A DNA stretch of 64,000 bases. Origin: Trichormus sp. ATA11-4-KO1. GTDB lineage: Bacteria > Cyanobacteriota > Cyanobacteriia > Cyanobacteriales > Nostocaceae. Location: positions 1-64,000 of the forward strand of contig JAHHIM010000001.1 in assembly GCA_019358915.1 (NCBI GenBank), given 5' to 3'. Below the pieces are notes generated by a model that saw only the letters and a list, made by a program, of their open reading frames with translations, was not told the origin of the DNA and searched no databases. This document shows, piece after piece, positions 60,854 to 64,000 of this stretch (the first letter of the stretch is position 1; the number at the start of each line of letters is the position of its first letter). The translations under genes and the position numbers were made by a program.

Positions 60854-61520
60854 CGCTACCTTGATAATTGCTCGATCTTGTAATTTATATAACCACTGTT
60901 TCCGGGTTATGGTTTTCTATTTTTAAGCATTCCCCAAATTGACTGCTGACAAACAAGATGGGAGGATAAATTTTACAACTCTTTCATAAACAAAGTGTGT
61001 AATCACGCTTACTTAAGGTTTTGTTGCCAGACAGCGTTAGTTTCAGATTCGATGAGGGTAATATAACGCTAAGAATCAAATAAAAAACTGACCTAATTTT
61101 TAACTTAGATTTCCTATCATATAGCCGTAAATCTGGCGCTTACATAAGATAAGTTCTGTCAGTGTTCAGGTAACTGTTGAGAACTATTTTTTACTTGCGA
61201 ACATATGTTGTCAAAATAGACAGCAATTTTAAATGCTTTTCACCACGAGTATCAAATTTAAATTAAAAGATGTGCTTAATTTATGAAAATTCCGATATAG
61301 CTCCTATTTTTTCAGTATTTTTACATATAGCTTGTTAATTAAAGTATTTTTTATACAAAAAATACTTGTGGTTCTATAAACAATTACTTGCTTGATTCCA
61401 TGAGATTTATCAAATAAATAAATATCTTATTCAGACTTTACTATTAATTCATCAGTAGAGGCTTGTATTGATAGGCAAAAATTTGCTATGTGTTTCTCAG
61501 GATAACTAAATATAAATAAA

Positions 61521-62678
61521 ATGAGTCTTAAAATTCCTTTTGTAGACCTTAATTTACAACATCAGCCAATTCAACATCAATTACAACAGGCAATCCAGTC
61601 TGTATTGGACCAGGGAGATTTTATTTTAGGGAAAGCACTGGCAAAGTTTGAAACAGCTTTTGCAGCAGCATCTGGCGCAGAATATGGTGTAGGTGTTGCA
61701 TCAGGAACCGATGCGATCGCCCTCGGTTTGCAAGCGTGTAATATTGGTGCTGGAGATGAGGTAATTTTACCAGCTAATACCTTTGTGGCTACGTTGATTG
61801 GAGTTTTACGGGCTGGAGCCAAACCCATTCTCGTGGACTGCGATCCCCAAACCGCTTTAATTGACTTGGAAGCAGCAGCAAAAGTGATTACGCCATCAAC
61901 CAAGGCAATTATTCCCGTACATCTTTATGGTCAAATGGTATCCCCAAGGCAGCTATTAGACTTGGCTGATACTTACAAACTACTAATTTTTGAAGATGCA
62001 GCACAAGCACATTTAGCCGAAAGAGAAGGATATCGCGCAGGTTCTGTGGGGACAGCAGCAGCTTTTAGTTTCTATCCCAGCAAAAATTTGGGAGCATTTG
62101 GGGATGGGGGAATGCTGGTGACACAAGATGAGGATGTAGCCCAAAAGATGGAGCGCTTGCGAAATTATGGTGCATCTCAAAAATACTTTCATGTGGAATC
62201 AGGGACGAATAGTCGCTTAGATACTCTGCAAGCAGCAGTGTTGCTAGAAAAACTACCACATTTACCCCAGTGGAATCGCGATCGCTTAAAGATTGCTCAA
62301 CAGTATGATCTGGAACTAGCACCATTAGCCTCTGCGGGAATTATCCCCATGCAAAATCAAAGTGGTACAGGACACGTGTATCACCTATATGTGATCAAAA
62401 TTGATGATACTTGTGCCCTAGAACGCCAGCAAATCCAGGATAAACTGTCAGCATCGGGAATTCAAACTGGTATTCACTACCCAATTCCCTGCCATTTGCA
62501 ACCAGCATTCACCAACTTAGGCTATCAACTGGGAGACTTTCCCCAAGCAGAACAGCTAGCAAAGCAAATATTATCGTTACCCATGTACCCTGGTTTGAGC
62601 CATAGCCAAATTCAACAAGTTGTTACCGCGATCGCCTCAGCTCTCAGTGGTGAACAACAACAGTTATTGTGCATTTAA
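61521..62678 (+). CDS. DegT/DnrJ/EryC1/StrS-family sugar aminotransferase
   Basis: SGTDA, PVHLYGQ, EDAAQAH and FSFYPSKNLGAFGDGG motifs. Confidence 0.95.
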   Translation: MSLKIPFVDLNLQHQPIQHQLQQAIQSVLDQGDFILGKALAKFETAFAAASGAEYGVGVASGTDAIALGLQACNIGAGDEVILPANTFVATLIGVLRAGAKPILVDCDPQTALIDLEAAAKVITPSTKAIIPVHLYGQMVSPRQLLDLADTYKLLIFEDAAQAHLAEREGYRAGSVGTAAAFSFYPSKNLGAFGDGGMLVTQDEDVAQKMERLRNYGASQKYFHVESGTNSRLDTLQAAVLLEKLPHLPQWNRDRLKIAQQYDLELAPLASAGIIPMQNQSGTGHVYHLYVIKIDDTCALERQQIQDKLSASGIQTGIHYPIPCHLQPAFTNLGYQLGDFPQAEQLAKQILSLPMYPGLSHSQIQQVVTAIASALSGEQQQLLCI

Positions 62679-62761
62679 TTTACAGTATTTAAGTAGACAA
62701 ATAACTAACATCGGTTCATGGAAACACTTTGTAAATTATCAATGGGAAATTATTTAAAATC

Positions 62762-63661
62762 ATGGCACTTCAGCAACAGATTAAACACAGAAACTCAGTA
62801 CAATTACTCAGCGTAGGGATTTTTGGTATTTTAGTACTGCTTTATGCTCCTGTGTTATTACATTGGTTAGATGGTTGGCTTAACAAAAGCATCAGTATAG
62901 AACACGAATATTTTAGTCACGGTATTATTGGTCTACCATTTGCCGCTTACCTCATTTGGATGAATCGGAAAAAGTGGCGACGTCTGCAAGATACAGCCCA
63001 TCCTTTGGGTGCTGTTTTGCTTGTAACAGGGGGAATACTTTATCTTAGCGGTATTCCAGAGTGGGTCAATGTGTCCTTTCCCGCTATCTTGGCAGGGTTG
63101 TGCTTGTGGTTTAAGGGCATAGCAGGCTTCCGATTACAAGCATTTCCTCTGCTATTAATATTTTTAGCAACTCCAACAGCAATACCTTACCTCCTCGTTC
63201 CCTACACCTTGCCTCTGCAAAGCTTCATTGCAGGTACAGCAGGCTTTATCCTCAATCAAGTGGGGATGGAAGTAATTGTTGATGAGATAAACATATACGT
63301 AGGTGGCAAGATTGTGGAAGTTGCACCCTATTGTGCAGGGCTAAAAATGTTATTTACCACTCTTTATGTCAGCTTAATGCTGCTTTATTGGACAGGTGCA
63401 TTATCCTCACGCCGCACTACCACTTGGTTTTTATCTTGTGCGATCTTTATTAGCATTACTGCCAATATTATTCGTAACACTTTACTCAGCTTCTTTCATG
63501 GCACAGGACGCGAGGCAGCTTTTAAATGGCTGCATGACAGTTGGGGCGGCGACCTCTACTCTGCTTGTATGCTGCTGTTATTAATTCCTTTGCTGAATTG
63601 GATGAATGATTATTTTTCCACAGATGTAGAACCTCAGCAACAAGGAGAAACCCAAAGTTAA
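62762..63661 (+). CDS. cyanoexosortase B
   Basis: Multi-TM protein with YFSHG, VAPYCAGLKM (catalytic Cys), NIIRN (Arg) and WLHD (His) motifs. Confidence 0.85.
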   Translation: MALQQQIKHRNSVQLLSVGIFGILVLLYAPVLLHWLDGWLNKSISIEHEYFSHGIIGLPFAAYLIWMNRKKWRRLQDTAHPLGAVLLVTGGILYLSGIPEWVNVSFPAILAGLCLWFKGIAGFRLQAFPLLLIFLATPTAIPYLLVPYTLPLQSFIAGTAGFILNQVGMEVIVDEINIYVGGKIVEVAPYCAGLKMLFTTLYVSLMLLYWTGALSSRRTTTWFLSCAIFISITANIIRNTLLSFFHGTGREAAFKWLHDSWGGDLYSACMLLLLIPLLNWMNDYFSTDVEPQQQGETQS

Positions 63662-63858
63662 AAAGTATGCAGAATAGTGGAGAGATAGTGAAAAAGCAAA
63701 GAGGAAAGACTCGCAAACACTTCCCCTTTACTCACCATTTTTAAATACATTTCCCCTGAGTTTCTAATCTGATACTCAGGGGAAGAAATGTAAAATTTAC
63801 TGAACTTACGTGTCATTTTTTCAAGTAGAATTTTGCGTAAATACAGCAATTTTTACTA

Positions 63859-64000
63859 ATGATTTCCTTATCTAAATTTTTCAAAGAAAAGCAATTGGCT
63901 CATGCTGTAGTGCTTTTGTTGTTACTACTGCTATTGCTAATAGGAGGCGTTCCTGGATATATAACAGGACGTTGGCAATGGAAACAGCCGCCACCTGTGG
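63859..64000 (+). CDS. cyanoexosortase B system-associated protein (5' part, runs off the window)
   Basis: MISLSKFFKEKQLAHAVVLLLLLLLLLIGGVPGYITGRWQWKQPPPV..., open to the window end, directly after the exosortase. Confidence 0.7.
   Translation, partial: MISLSKFFKEKQLAHAVVLLLLLLLLLIGGVPGYITGRWQWKQPPPV

Overview
Chromosomal segment of a filamentous, probably heterocyst-forming cyanobacterium (Nostocales-like). The evidence is frequent HIP1 octamers GCGATCGC (roughly 50 counted by eye), heptameric STRR tandem repeats and small dispersed repeats. Core content: three tandem Ser/Thr kinase genes (one N-terminally truncated), the rplS-tRNA(Trp)-secE-nusG-rplK-rplA-rplJ-rplL cluster, purH, a Fe3+ ABC transporter with two binding proteins, coaBC, proS, accB, efp, thiL, gap2, nadD, murC, murB, smpB, ictB and the start of a cyanoexosortase B locus. 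Accessory or eroded parts: an IS5-family element that truncates an HtrA-like protease, two tandem Yfr2-like sRNAs, a decayed exported-protein gene behind Fur-box-like palindromes, and an ArsR gene with a nonsense codon and a repeat insertion. The most notable feature is a ~7 kb island-like block (about 29.07-36.26 kb) bounded by an unannotated tyrosine-integrase remnant and a 5'-truncated gamma-glutamylcyclotransferase. It carries a five-gene chaperone module: large TPR protein, minimal J-domain protein, GrpE, Hsp70, and a Zn-ribbon/TPR protein. The J-domain HPD motif reads FPA and the Hsp70 residue equivalent to E. coli DnaK R167 reads Gln, which suggests a co-evolved Hsp70 system insulated from housekeeping DnaK/DnaJ. 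All family calls come from motif recognition by eye; no database searches were run.
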